Shown here in pieces: positions 21,367 to 29,653 of a DNA stretch of 64,000 nt. Every line of letters starts with the position of its first letter. Within the stretch, counting starts at the first letter, position 1. The position numbers and the translations under genes are program-made. This stretch comes from Longimicrobiales bacterium (lineage in GTDB: Bacteria; Gemmatimonadota; Gemmatimonadetes; Longimicrobiales; Gaopeijiaceae), in the NCBI GenBank assembly GCA_965218295.1, contig CBDCKN010000012.1:1-64000 (forward strand), read 5' to 3'. The notes under the pieces are model-generated. The model had not been told where the DNA came from, did no database searches, and saw nothing but the letters and a program-made list of their open reading frames with translations.

Positions 21367-21506
21367 TTGATTTCCAAGAGTGTCTCACTGGCGTTGACAG
21401 GTTCCGGGTCACAGCATAGTCATGAATAGGGTCATAACTATAGACGAGATTTCACCGCCGAAAGTTGCATCCTTCCATCGAGTGCTCCCGGGAGGTTGTA
21501 TCGAAT

Positions 21507-21920
21507 TCAGCGGTCGGAGAGCCGGTACACGAAACGCAAGCCCGACCAGTCCTCGTCGACGGCGCACACCTTGTTGTCGACGAGTCCGGCCTCCAATCCC
21601 ACGCTGCGAACGTGGCTACCGCGCAGGTCGGTTGCCAGGGGAGAGCTCTTCTTGGGCCAGCTCACCCAGAGGCCGCCATTCGACTGAAGGCGCCGGGAAA
21701 CCTCCGGAAACCGGGCTCTGAGCTCACCTTCGTCGGTCACGAACAGGACGGCCACGTCGAGCTCGACGTCAGTGGCAGGTTCCGCCTCCACCCGGACATC
21801 GTCGGGCAGTGTCACCAAGAGGTCGGGAAAATGGGACGGGGCATTGAATGTGCCCACCCGGTGCCCCGCTTTGATCCCGAGCTTCCTGACCAGTGGTGTT
21901 CCGGAGTATCCCACGCTCAT
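21507..21920 (-). CDS. DUF3052-family protein
   Basis: GYSGTPL..KLGIK, LWVSWPKKSS, GLVDNKVCAVDEDWSGLRF. Confidence 0.8.
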   Translation of the reverse strand: MSVGYSGTPLVRKLGIKAGHRVGTFNAPSHFPDLLVTLPDDVRVEAEPATDVELDVAVLFVTDEGELRARFPEVSRRLQSNGGLWVSWPKKSSPLATDLRGSHVRSVGLEAGLVDNKVCAVDEDWSGLRFVYRLSDR

Positions 21921-21987
21921 GAGCGGCACGCATGTGTGGTCATGCGTCCATCGTACCGATGAGGTCGTCGCCGGTCCACTGTGCACA

Positions 21988-22080
21988 TTCTTGTTGCTGC
22001 TCACCGGCGTCGCCGCGAGCTATCTCCCTGCGTGCCGAGCGACACGCGTCGACCCCATGCTCGCTTTGCGCCCGGACTGA
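21988..22080 (+). pseudogene. 3' remnant of a MacB/FtsX-type ABC permease
   Basis: FLLLLTGVAASYLPACRATRVDPMLALRPD* matches the PARRAxRVDPxxALR terminus. Confidence 0.7.
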
Positions 22081-22141
22081 GGAGCGTCGAGTCTACCGGC
22101 CCACCTCTTTGTTCAGTCGGTCCTCGACTCCATACTAGTGG

Positions 22142-22936
22142 ATGGAATTACTGACAAGCTCTGAAGCGTGGGTCGCCTTGGCCACGCTCACGGTCCTCGA
22201 GATCGTTCTCGGGATCGACAACATCATCTTCATATCCGTTCTCGCGGATCGACTTCCTGCCGATCAGCGCCCCAAAGCGCGTCAGCTCGGCCTGGGCGTG
22301 GCGATGGCGACGCGGATCCTGCTGCTGCTCTCCATCACCTGGATCATGCGGCTCACGGCGCCGCTCTTCGCGCTGTTCCAGCACGCCGTGTCGGGGAGGG
22401 ACCTGATCCTCATCGTGGGGGGGCTCTTCCTGCTCACCAAGTCCACCCGTGAGATCCACCACAAGATGGAGGGGGCGAGAGACGCGCACACACCCAGTGC
22501 CAAAGTGGTGACTTTCACGGGAGTGCTGATTCAGATCGCTCTCCTGGACATGGTGTTCTCGATGGACTCGGTGATCACCGCTGTGGGCATGGCAGACGAT
22601 CTGGCGGTCATGGTCGTGGCGATCGTCCTGGCCGTGGGGGTCATGATGATCTCGGCTGGACCCGTGGGAGACTTCGTCTCGGATCATCCCACGGTGAAGA
22701 TGCTCGCCCTGAGCTTCCTCCTCCTCATCGGAATGAGCCTGGTGGCCGACGGGGCGGGCTTCCACATCCCGAAGGGCTACATCTACTTCGCCATGGGCTT
22801 CTCGGTGTTCGTGGAGTTCCTGAACCTCCGTGCGCAACCGGCGAGTGCGGGGGGCCCGAGGGCGGGAGACGGACACGGGGAAGCTCCCCATCCCCCCGAG
22901 GTGCGAGAGGCAACGGCCAGCGACGGAGAGGGCTAG
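22142..22936 (+). CDS. TerC family membrane protein
   Basis: LEIVLGIDN, DMVFSMDSVITAVG, HIPKGYIY. Confidence 0.93.
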   Translation: MELLTSSEAWVALATLTVLEIVLGIDNIIFISVLADRLPADQRPKARQLGLGVAMATRILLLLSITWIMRLTAPLFALFQHAVSGRDLILIVGGLFLLTKSTREIHHKMEGARDAHTPSAKVVTFTGVLIQIALLDMVFSMDSVITAVGMADDLAVMVVAIVLAVGVMMISAGPVGDFVSDHPTVKMLALSFLLLIGMSLVADGAGFHIPKGYIYFAMGFSVFVEFLNLRAQPASAGGPRAGDGHGEAPHPPEVREATASDGEG

Positions 22937-22964
22937 TGCGCCCGTACATGAGCCCCCGCGGTCC

Positions 22965-23130
22965 TAGTGTTCCGTTTCCGAAGTTCGCGAGCCACCAAGA
23001 GGGCCGGGGCGCCGTGGGATCAAGGCGGGACGACGCGGCGTAGCGCAAGCTACGGCAAGGAGTTCCAACGCCGAGCCCACGGATGCACCGTGCCCTCGAC
23101 TGGCCGAGACACTTTGGTAACGGGACACTA
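22965..23130. mobile_element. MITE-like element with TA-bounded terminal inverted repeats
   Basis: TAGTGTTCCGTTTCCGAAGT versus revcomp of right end TAGTGTCCCGTTACCAAAGT (17/20); non-coding interior. Confidence 0.6.
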
Positions 23131-23718
23131 CATGCTTACGCCCGCTTCACCCTCGGCAGAGACGTTGAAACGGACCCACATGCCGGTGAGGGCGTGTCCG
23201 GGGACGTAGCACACCATGGCGTACTCCCCGGCGACGTCGGCCGTGAAGGTGAAGGACTCGCTCTCCCCCGGCATCGTCGCCTCCTGCATGGACGTGGGGG
23301 TGCTGCTGACGGCTCCGCTGAACGCCGGTCGAGGATCGGTGAACATGGCGGGGTAGTCGCCCACCTGCGCATCGATCCCGACGCTGTGCGCCATGGCGGG
23401 GTCGTCGTTGGTGAGCTCCACGGTGATCGCATAGCCCAAGGGCACGGTGATCGTCTCCTCACCCCCCGCCATGCCGTTGAACTTCCACCCGCCATCCATC
23501 TGGCCGGCCATGTGCAGCTCGACGGTCTTGGCGTCGTTGTCGATGTGGTACCAGTCGGGTATCCCGCCTTCGGCGGCGGCATCGGTTGCCGGAGCCTCGG
23601 CCGGAGCCTCGACCGGCTCCGGGGCGGCAGGAACGGAGTCGGGGGAGTCGGAGCCGCCACAGGCCACGAGCCCGGCGGAGATGAGGGCGCTGAGGCCCAC
23701 CTTCGAAGAGCGCTTCAT
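23128..23718 (-). CDS. Sulfocyanin-like blue copper lipoprotein
   Basis: LVAC lipobox; AHS and C-YVPG-H-ALTG-M type 1 copper ligands. Confidence 0.85.
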   Translation of the reverse strand: MKRSSKVGLSALISAGLVACGGSDSPDSVPAAPEPVEAPAEAPATDAAAEGGIPDWYHIDNDAKTVELHMAGQMDGGWKFNGMAGGEETITVPLGYAITVELTNDDPAMAHSVGIDAQVGDYPAMFTDPRPAFSGAVSSTPTSMQEATMPGESESFTFTADVAGEYAMVCYVPGHALTGMWVRFNVSAEGEAGVSM

Positions 23719-23882
23719 GATCCGTATCCTGTCGAGACGGTGGGCGAGTAGCCGCGGGGGCCACCGGCCCTCGGCATGGGGACACCGAAAAGTATCCAAG
23801 CCGCAGTACGGAAGTAAGACGAGAAAGGTTGCGTCAGGGTCACATCGCTTGACAGCCGTCGGGGGTGGTCGCACGCTGCGGG

Positions 23883-25042
23883 ATGCCTGACCCAGCCACG
23901 AACGCCCCGGACGGCGGAGCTCCCACTCCGAGCCTACTTCAGCGGTATCTACTCCCCGGTTTCATCTTCCAATCCGTGGTGATTGCCGGAGGGTACGGCA
24001 CCGGCCGGGAGCTGGCCGAGTTCTTCCTACCCTACGGCCCCACGGGTGGGCTCATGGCCATGATGCTCGTGTCCATGACGTTCTGGTCGCTGGTGTGCGC
24101 CGTAGCCTTCGAGTACGCACGGGTCTTCCAGGCCTATGACTACCGGTCGTTCTGCCGGCACCTACTCGGGCGTGGCTGGGTCGTCTTCGAGCTGACGTAC
24201 TCGGTCATGCTGATCGTCGTCCTGGCGGTCATCGCCTCGGCGGCGGGCTCCATCCTCCAGGAGACGTTCGGGCTCCCCTACGCTGTCGGGGTCATCGGGA
24301 TCATGATCGCCATCGGCTTCCTGGTCTTCGAGGGCACCGGGCTCATCGAGAAGGTGTTGGCCAGCTGGTCCTTCGTGCTCTATGGCACGTTCATCGTCCT
24401 GTTCGCATGGTCGCTGTCGGCTTTCAGCTCGGAGATCACGACGGCCTTGAGGACCATCCCCGTGGGCGACGGCTGGTTCGTCGGGGGGATCGACTACGCG
24501 TCCTACAACGTGGCCCTCATCCCCGCCCTGCTCTTCGGAGTGCGGCACGTGAGCACGAGAAAAGAGGCGTTGATCGCCGGAGGCCTCGCCGGACCCATCG
24601 CCATGATCCCCGGCTTCTTCATGCTTCTGGCCATGGTCGGCCACTACCCCGAGATCGCAGACGAGACCGTGCCCGTGAACTACATCCTCGAAAGGCTGGG
24701 CTCACGGGGCTTCCAGATCGCGTTCCAGGTATGCCTGTTCGGGACCCTGATCGAGACCGGCACGGGCATGATCCACGGTGTGAACGAGCGCCTGGCCCAG
24801 ACAGTCGCCGAGCGGGGACGCGAGCTTCCCACCGCGGTACGCCCGGTGGTGGCCGTGACGCTCCTGATCATCGGCGCACTCCTGGCCCAGTTCGGGCTGA
24901 TCGGCCTCATCGCCCGGGGCTACGGCACGCTCACGAGAATCTTCCTGGTGGTGATCCTGCTCCCACTCCTGACCTGGGCGTGTGGCAGCTGGCCAAGGCG
25001 GGCGAGGAGGGCCGGGCCGCCGCCCCAGGGGGCGCCGCCTAA
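23883..25042 (+). CDS. YkvI-like multipass membrane protein (putative transporter); apparent frameshift ~24975
   Basis: VIAGGYGTGRELAEFF motif, about 10 TM segments; a plausible C-terminus GVWQLAKAG...GGAA* is in the adjacent frame. Confidence 0.8.
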
Positions 25043-25065
25043 GCCGCTCGGGCGGGCGAGGAGGG

Positions 25066-26850
25066 CTAGGGCCGATCCGAGATGGGCCGCTCGTCCGGCA
25101 TCCGGTAGCCGGGGCCCCGGACGATCATGCCGGGCTTGGCCCCTGTGTGCTGGCCGTCTCTGACCACACCTACACCGTTCACGAACACGTCGCGTATCCC
25201 CTCCGAGACCTGGTGAGGCTCCTCGAAGGTGGCTCGATCGATGATCGTCTCGGGGTCGAAGACGACGATGTCGGCGTAGAAGCCTTCCTTGAGCAGACCG
25301 CGATCCCGGATGGAGAGCCGGGTGGCCACCGCCGAGCTCATCTTGCGGATGGCGTCCTCCAGGGGCACCACGCGTTCCTCACGCACGTATCGTCCCAGGA
25401 TTCTGGGGAAAGTCCCGTAGGATCGCGGATGGACGAGGGCTTGGGTCGTCTCCGGATTCACGCCTCCGGCGTCCGTCCCGAACTTCATCCACGGCTGCTG
25501 GATCTGGAGCTTGATGTTCTCCTCGCTCATGAGGAAGTAGATGCTGCCGATTCGCTGACGCTCGTCCAACACCAGGTTCATGGCCGTGTCGATCCAGTCC
25601 GTCCCCATCTCTGCCGCGATGTCGTCCAGGTAGCGGCCCGCGTACTTCCTGTTCTCCGGCTTGTCGAACCCGAGGAGGAGCACGCCATCCGGGGTCGCTA
25701 GGCTGCAGAGGTTCTCCCAATCCTCCGTCTGGTTCTGGATCTCGGCGCGGATGCGTTCCCGCATCTCGTCATCGGCCAGGTTCTCGAAGAGTCTCCCGTT
25801 CGCCGAGGCCCACGGAGGGAAGCAGGCGGTCAGACCGGTGCCCCCGGCCACGTACGGATACATGTTGGCCTGCACGTCCACTCCTGCCGCCCTGGCCGAG
25901 TCGATCTTGGCTATGGCCTGGGCGGCCTTGGGCCAGTTGCGGCGACCACCGGCCTTCAGATGGTAGATCTCCACGGGCACCCCACCGCGCTCGCCGATCT
26001 CGATGGCCTCGTCGATGGCCTCCAGGAACCGGTCCGCCTCGGAGCGCATGTGCGTGATGTAGACGCCGCCGTAGCCCGCCATCGCACCGGCGATCTCCCC
26101 CAGCTCCGCCGTGGAGGCGAAGTTGCCCGGCGGATAGATGAGGGCCGAGGCGATGCCGAAAGCCCCGTCCTCCATGGCCCGCCGCACGACCGCCTTCATG
26201 GTATCTAGCTCAATAGGGGTGGCTGCCCCCATCCGCATCCCGGCGGCGTAGGTCCGAACCGTACTCGCCCCCAGGAACGAACCTTGATTCACCGACGTGC
26301 CGTGGCTTTCCATGGCACGGAGCCAGGCATCGAAGCCGTGCCCGCCCGAAAAGCTCAGGGCCAAGCGGTCGGCCTCGGACTCGTCGTCACTGGCCGGCCC
26401 AAGACCGGCCGGGTTCACGGGGGCGTTGGTGGTGCCCTCGCCCATGATCTCGGTGGTGATGCCCTGGGTCACCTTGCTGATGACGCGTCCGTCGCCCTGG
26501 AGGAATGCGTACCGGGAGTGGCTCTGGATGTCGATGAAGCCGGGGGCGACCACGTGTCCGAAGGCGTCGACGCGCTCCTTGGTCGATGTGCGCCGCAGCA
26601 TACCGCGTGGCGCGATCCGTGCGATGCGGCCGTCCTTCACCGCCACTTCACCATAGAACCACGCGCTCCCGGTGCCGTCCACGATCCGCCCGTTCTCGAT
26701 GACCAGGTCGTACTCCACCTCGGGAGCCGGCTCCGCGGGAGGCTCCGGGGCCGGACGAGGCACGGCCACGGCCGGAGGAGGCGTGCTGCCTCCACACGCG
26801 GAGAGTGCCAGGGCCGTGAGGAGGAGGGCGAACGGTCGCGAACGAGGCAT
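25066..26850 (-). CDS. N-acyl-D-amino-acid deacylase (amidohydrolase), lipoprotein
   Basis: PGFIDIQSH, QGITTE, THMRSE, HPRSYGTFPRILG, DRGLLKEGFYADIVVFD. Confidence 0.9.
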   Translation of the reverse strand: MPRSRPFALLLTALALSACGGSTPPPAVAVPRPAPEPPAEPAPEVEYDLVIENGRIVDGTGSAWFYGEVAVKDGRIARIAPRGMLRRTSTKERVDAFGHVVAPGFIDIQSHSRYAFLQGDGRVISKVTQGITTEIMGEGTTNAPVNPAGLGPASDDESEADRLALSFSGGHGFDAWLRAMESHGTSVNQGSFLGASTVRTYAAGMRMGAATPIELDTMKAVVRRAMEDGAFGIASALIYPPGNFASTAELGEIAGAMAGYGGVYITHMRSEADRFLEAIDEAIEIGERGGVPVEIYHLKAGGRRNWPKAAQAIAKIDSARAAGVDVQANMYPYVAGGTGLTACFPPWASANGRLFENLADDEMRERIRAEIQNQTEDWENLCSLATPDGVLLLGFDKPENRKYAGRYLDDIAAEMGTDWIDTAMNLVLDERQRIGSIYFLMSEENIKLQIQQPWMKFGTDAGGVNPETTQALVHPRSYGTFPRILGRYVREERVVPLEDAIRKMSSAVATRLSIRDRGLLKEGFYADIVVFDPETIIDRATFEEPHQVSEGIRDVFVNGVGVVRDGQHTGAKPGMIVRGPGYRMPDERPISDRP

Positions 26851-27127
26851 GGAGACCTCCGGCGATGGGTTCTCGGTCACGTAAGAGCCGTTGGAGCTCT
26901 CACGTGCTCGGGTCCAATAGTACAGGGCGAGACGCTACCGCACACCGGCAAGGTTCGGGCCGGGGGGCGGGTGCGCTCGATCCGGAGTGGCAGGGTATCT
27001 GGGCCGGTGGGGGCGTCTAGCGCTCGGACTCGTAGTCCATCCAGCGCTCGAAGAGCCTAGCCGAGTACGTCGAACGGGCGTGGCGCCGGCTTGCACCTTG
27101 CGTCTCCCGCGCAGAAGCTTCCCCACC

Positions 27128-27829
27128 ATGACAACAGGACTTATGAGCCGCGAGCACTTCGATGAGTCTGATCGAGCTGGCCGTGAGCAGAAGGGGCTGG
27201 CTCCGATTCCGTGGCAGAAGAGGATGCTGGACGTCACCCTTTCCTTGGGCCTTCTCCTGTTGTTCTCGCCCCTGATGGTGCTGGTTGCCGTGATGATCCT
27301 GCTGGAGGGACTCGTCCGACCCGCGAGCACGGGCCCGATCCTCCTCTCGGAGCCTCGGGGTTCGGAGGAGAGGGTCTTCGGAATCCCCAAGTTCCGGATC
27401 ATCCGGATGGATGTGTACCGTAGGGTCTCCAAAGAACAGAAATACCTTCACATCAAGCCTATGGAACGGGTGCCCGAAAACCTCACGACGGTAGGCGGCT
27501 TCTTGAAGAAGTTCTATCTCGATGAGCTTCCTCAACTCTTCTCGATTCTAAAGGGTGACATGAGCTTCGTGGGTCCCCGGCCCTGGCCGCTCGAGCCATA
27601 CTACGATGAGCTCGAGCGCGGCATCCTCAGGAAGAAGCTGATCAGGCCCGGGCTGACGGGATTGGTTCAGGCGAACAAGGGAAACCCCGACTCGCACGAT
27701 GAGTGGACCCTCGACTACGTCTACATCGGATTCATGGCGTCGAGCCGAAGCGGTTGGGTGAAGCTCGGGCTCGACCTCAAGGTCCTGTTCTGGTCCCTCA
27801 AGACCGTCCTTCAGGCCAAAGGCCTCTAG
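27128..27829 (+). CDS. Bacterial sugar transferase (monotopic phosphoglycosyl transferase)
   Basis: KRMLD, KFR, LDELPQL, GDMSFVGPRP, RPGLTG. Confidence 0.9.
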   Translation: MTTGLMSREHFDESDRAGREQKGLAPIPWQKRMLDVTLSLGLLLLFSPLMVLVAVMILLEGLVRPASTGPILLSEPRGSEERVFGIPKFRIIRMDVYRRVSKEQKYLHIKPMERVPENLTTVGGFLKKFYLDELPQLFSILKGDMSFVGPRPWPLEPYYDELERGILRKKLIRPGLTGLVQANKGNPDSHDEWTLDYVYIGFMASSRSGWVKLGLDLKVLFWSLKTVLQAKGL

Positions 27830-27913
27830 GGCCCGCAGGGGGATTGACTCGGAGACATACACCTGTTAGAAATATACCGTCAGAAAGTACACTCGTAATA
27901 AGGCGAGGACAGC

Positions 27914-28294
27914 GTGACCGACACGGCTCCACGGGTGGCTCCAACGGATGACGTCGAGAGGCACGTGCCACTCACCAACCTGGCTTTTCTGATCCTCCTC
28001 GCGCTCGCCGATCGGGATCTGCACGGCTACGCCCTGATCAAGGAGATCGACCCCTGCTCCGGCGGATACACAAAGCTCCGCTCGGGGACCCTGTACGCCG
28101 CCATGCGGCGCCTCGACGCGGCGGGCCTGGTCTGTGAGTCGGGGGAGCGTCCGGCGCCGGACCAGGACGACCAACGCCGGCGCTACTACGGGATCACGGA
28201 GCTGGGGCTGGCCGTGGTGCGAGCCGAAGCCAACCGGTTGGCGGGCCTGGTGGACGCGGCCCAGGCCAAGGACCTGGTGGGCGAAGGAGCTTAG
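27914..28294 (+). CDS. PadR family transcriptional regulator
   Basis: LHGYALIKEI, GTLYAAMRRL, RRRYYGITELG. Confidence 0.88.
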   Translation: MTDTAPRVAPTDDVERHVPLTNLAFLILLALADRDLHGYALIKEIDPCSGGYTKLRSGTLYAAMRRLDAAGLVCESGERPAPDQDDQRRRYYGITELGLAVVRAEANRLAGLVDAAQAKDLVGEGA

Positions 28295-28321
28295 AGGCCT
28301 GTGCTTCCACAGGCCTCTAAG
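28290..28321. repeat. Perfect 14-bp inverted repeat between convergent genes
   Basis: CTTAGAGGCCTGTG-CTTC-CACAGGCCTCTAAG. Confidence 0.8.
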
Positions 28322-28382
28322 GGGCTTCTGCCGGTGCGACCTCGGCTGCCCCGACTGGTCCAGCTCCTGGCGCGATGGCGGG

Positions 28383-28994
28383 TCAGGCTTCCGAGGTAGC
28401 CACCTCCACGAGGCCGCGCTCTCGCCTCGGCAGCTTGGCCGCCATCGCCAAGGCTTCCTGTCGGCCCGCATCCGACATCTTGGCCCACGTCCGTCGGAGG
28501 ATTCCCACCATCTTCTCGTCGTCGTGCTTGCGCGCGAGCTCGACGAACTCGTTCTCGAAGAACACCATACAGATGGCGTCCTCAAAGAGCTGGACTTCGG
28601 GGTCACGCCCGAGTCCGATCTTGCGGAGGAGCGTCTCGACGCGGACGACGGTCGCCTCGTCGTATCCCACCTCCTCGAGCACTTCGCGCGCGATCTCCGC
28701 ATGTATTCTGGACAGGTCGCTTCGCCAGCGGCGATACCCCCGACGACCCGCGTCGTACTCGCTCCGGGGCACCTTCCAGCGCCGAATGTGCTGACACGCG
28801 GCCGCGAGGCGAAGAGGGACGGAAGCCTCCGCATCGAAGTGGAGGACCCAGTGCGCCAGGCGCTGATGGTAGTGGACGGACCACGGCGTTTCGGCGCCCT
28901 CCAATGCGAAGGAGCGGGGGTCCTCCCGGTGGGCGGCTTCAAAGCGCGCGATCGCCTCCCCTAGACGCGGATCAAACTTCGCTTCTTCGCTCAC
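28383..28994 (-). CDS. DUF4202 family protein
   Basis: EDP, LAAACQHIRRWKVPRSEY, QLFEDAICMVF, TWAKMS. Confidence 0.8.
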   Translation of the reverse strand: MSEEAKFDPRLGEAIARFEAAHREDPRSFALEGAETPWSVHYHQRLAHWVLHFDAEASVPLRLAAACQHIRRWKVPRSEYDAGRRGYRRWRSDLSRIHAEIAREVLEEVGYDEATVVRVETLLRKIGLGRDPEVQLFEDAICMVFFENEFVELARKHDDEKMVGILRRTWAKMSDAGRQEALAMAAKLPRRERGLVEVATSEA

Positions 28995-29038
28995 GTCCTC
29001 CCCCCAGGCTCCGCCGTCCGACTGTCTCGCCCCCGTGC

Positions 29039-29653
29039 CTACGGTCTGGGCACCGCGAGCTGGCCCAGGAGCTCATCGACGGTGGGGGAGTTCGGCGTCG
29101 TGATCGCCACCACGAATGGCTCCTCGGGGCCCGACACCATGTCGAAGCTCGCGTCTCCGTCCCCGTAGAGTGCCTTCACGTACTTCTCCAGCTCCGGCCG
29201 AGCGGCGGCGAACGTCTCAGCGTCGCTGGGCGCTCGGAGCCGGTCGTAGATCCCGACCTCCACCTCGCTCGTACGGAACCGGTACCGCCCCTCCAGGGCC
29301 GGGTCGCTCTCCAGGAGCGACCCGGCCTGCAACACGGAGCGGAAGGCCCGCGCGATCCCCTCCTCTTCCGTGGCTTCGGCCTTCCGGCGACCACGATACC
29401 GGAGCCCCGGGCGACCGGCGCGCATATCGAAGTAGTAGTGGGCCGTGTCGCAGATCAGGACGACGCCGGGGCCCTTCGGCACGTGCTCGTAGTTCGCCAC
29501 GTCGATGAGGAGCTCGTCCTCGAGAAGGCTCTCTTTGATCCACCGGTGGAAAACGGGGATCAGCTCCTTCAGACGCACGCCGGAGGGATCGTCGACGAAG
29601 AGCTTGACGCTGATCTCCGACGACGCGAGGGGTCGCAGGGGCTCCCCGGTCAC
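29039..29653 (-). CDS. Hypothetical protein coupled to the sulfite reductase gene
   Basis: GTG start overlaps the sir stop; IPVFHRWI...LIDVANYEHVPKGPGVVL; DRLRAP. Confidence 0.75.
   Translation of the reverse strand: MTGEPLRPLASSEISVKLFVDDPSGVRLKELIPVFHRWIKESLLEDELLIDVANYEHVPKGPGVVLICDTAHYYFDMRAGRPGLRYRGRRKAEATEEEGIARAFRSVLQAGSLLESDPALEGRYRFRTSEVEVGIYDRLRAPSDAETFAAARPELEKYVKALYGDGDASFDMVSGPEEPFVVAITTPNSPTVDELLGQLAVPRP

Larger units (their letters stand above)
19857..21406 (+). mobile_element. IS3-family insertion sequence, copy 1
   Basis: orfA/orfB; imperfect 20-bp IRs TGCCAACTTACGTGAGACAC (19857) and GTGTCTCACTGGCGTTGACA (ends 21399); identity with copy 2 continues to 21406. Confidence 0.92.

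Noticed and set aside
21394..21425. IS-generated hybrid promoter from the outward TTGACA
   Set aside because: No good -10 at 16-18 bp in either copy and no co-oriented gene directly downstream
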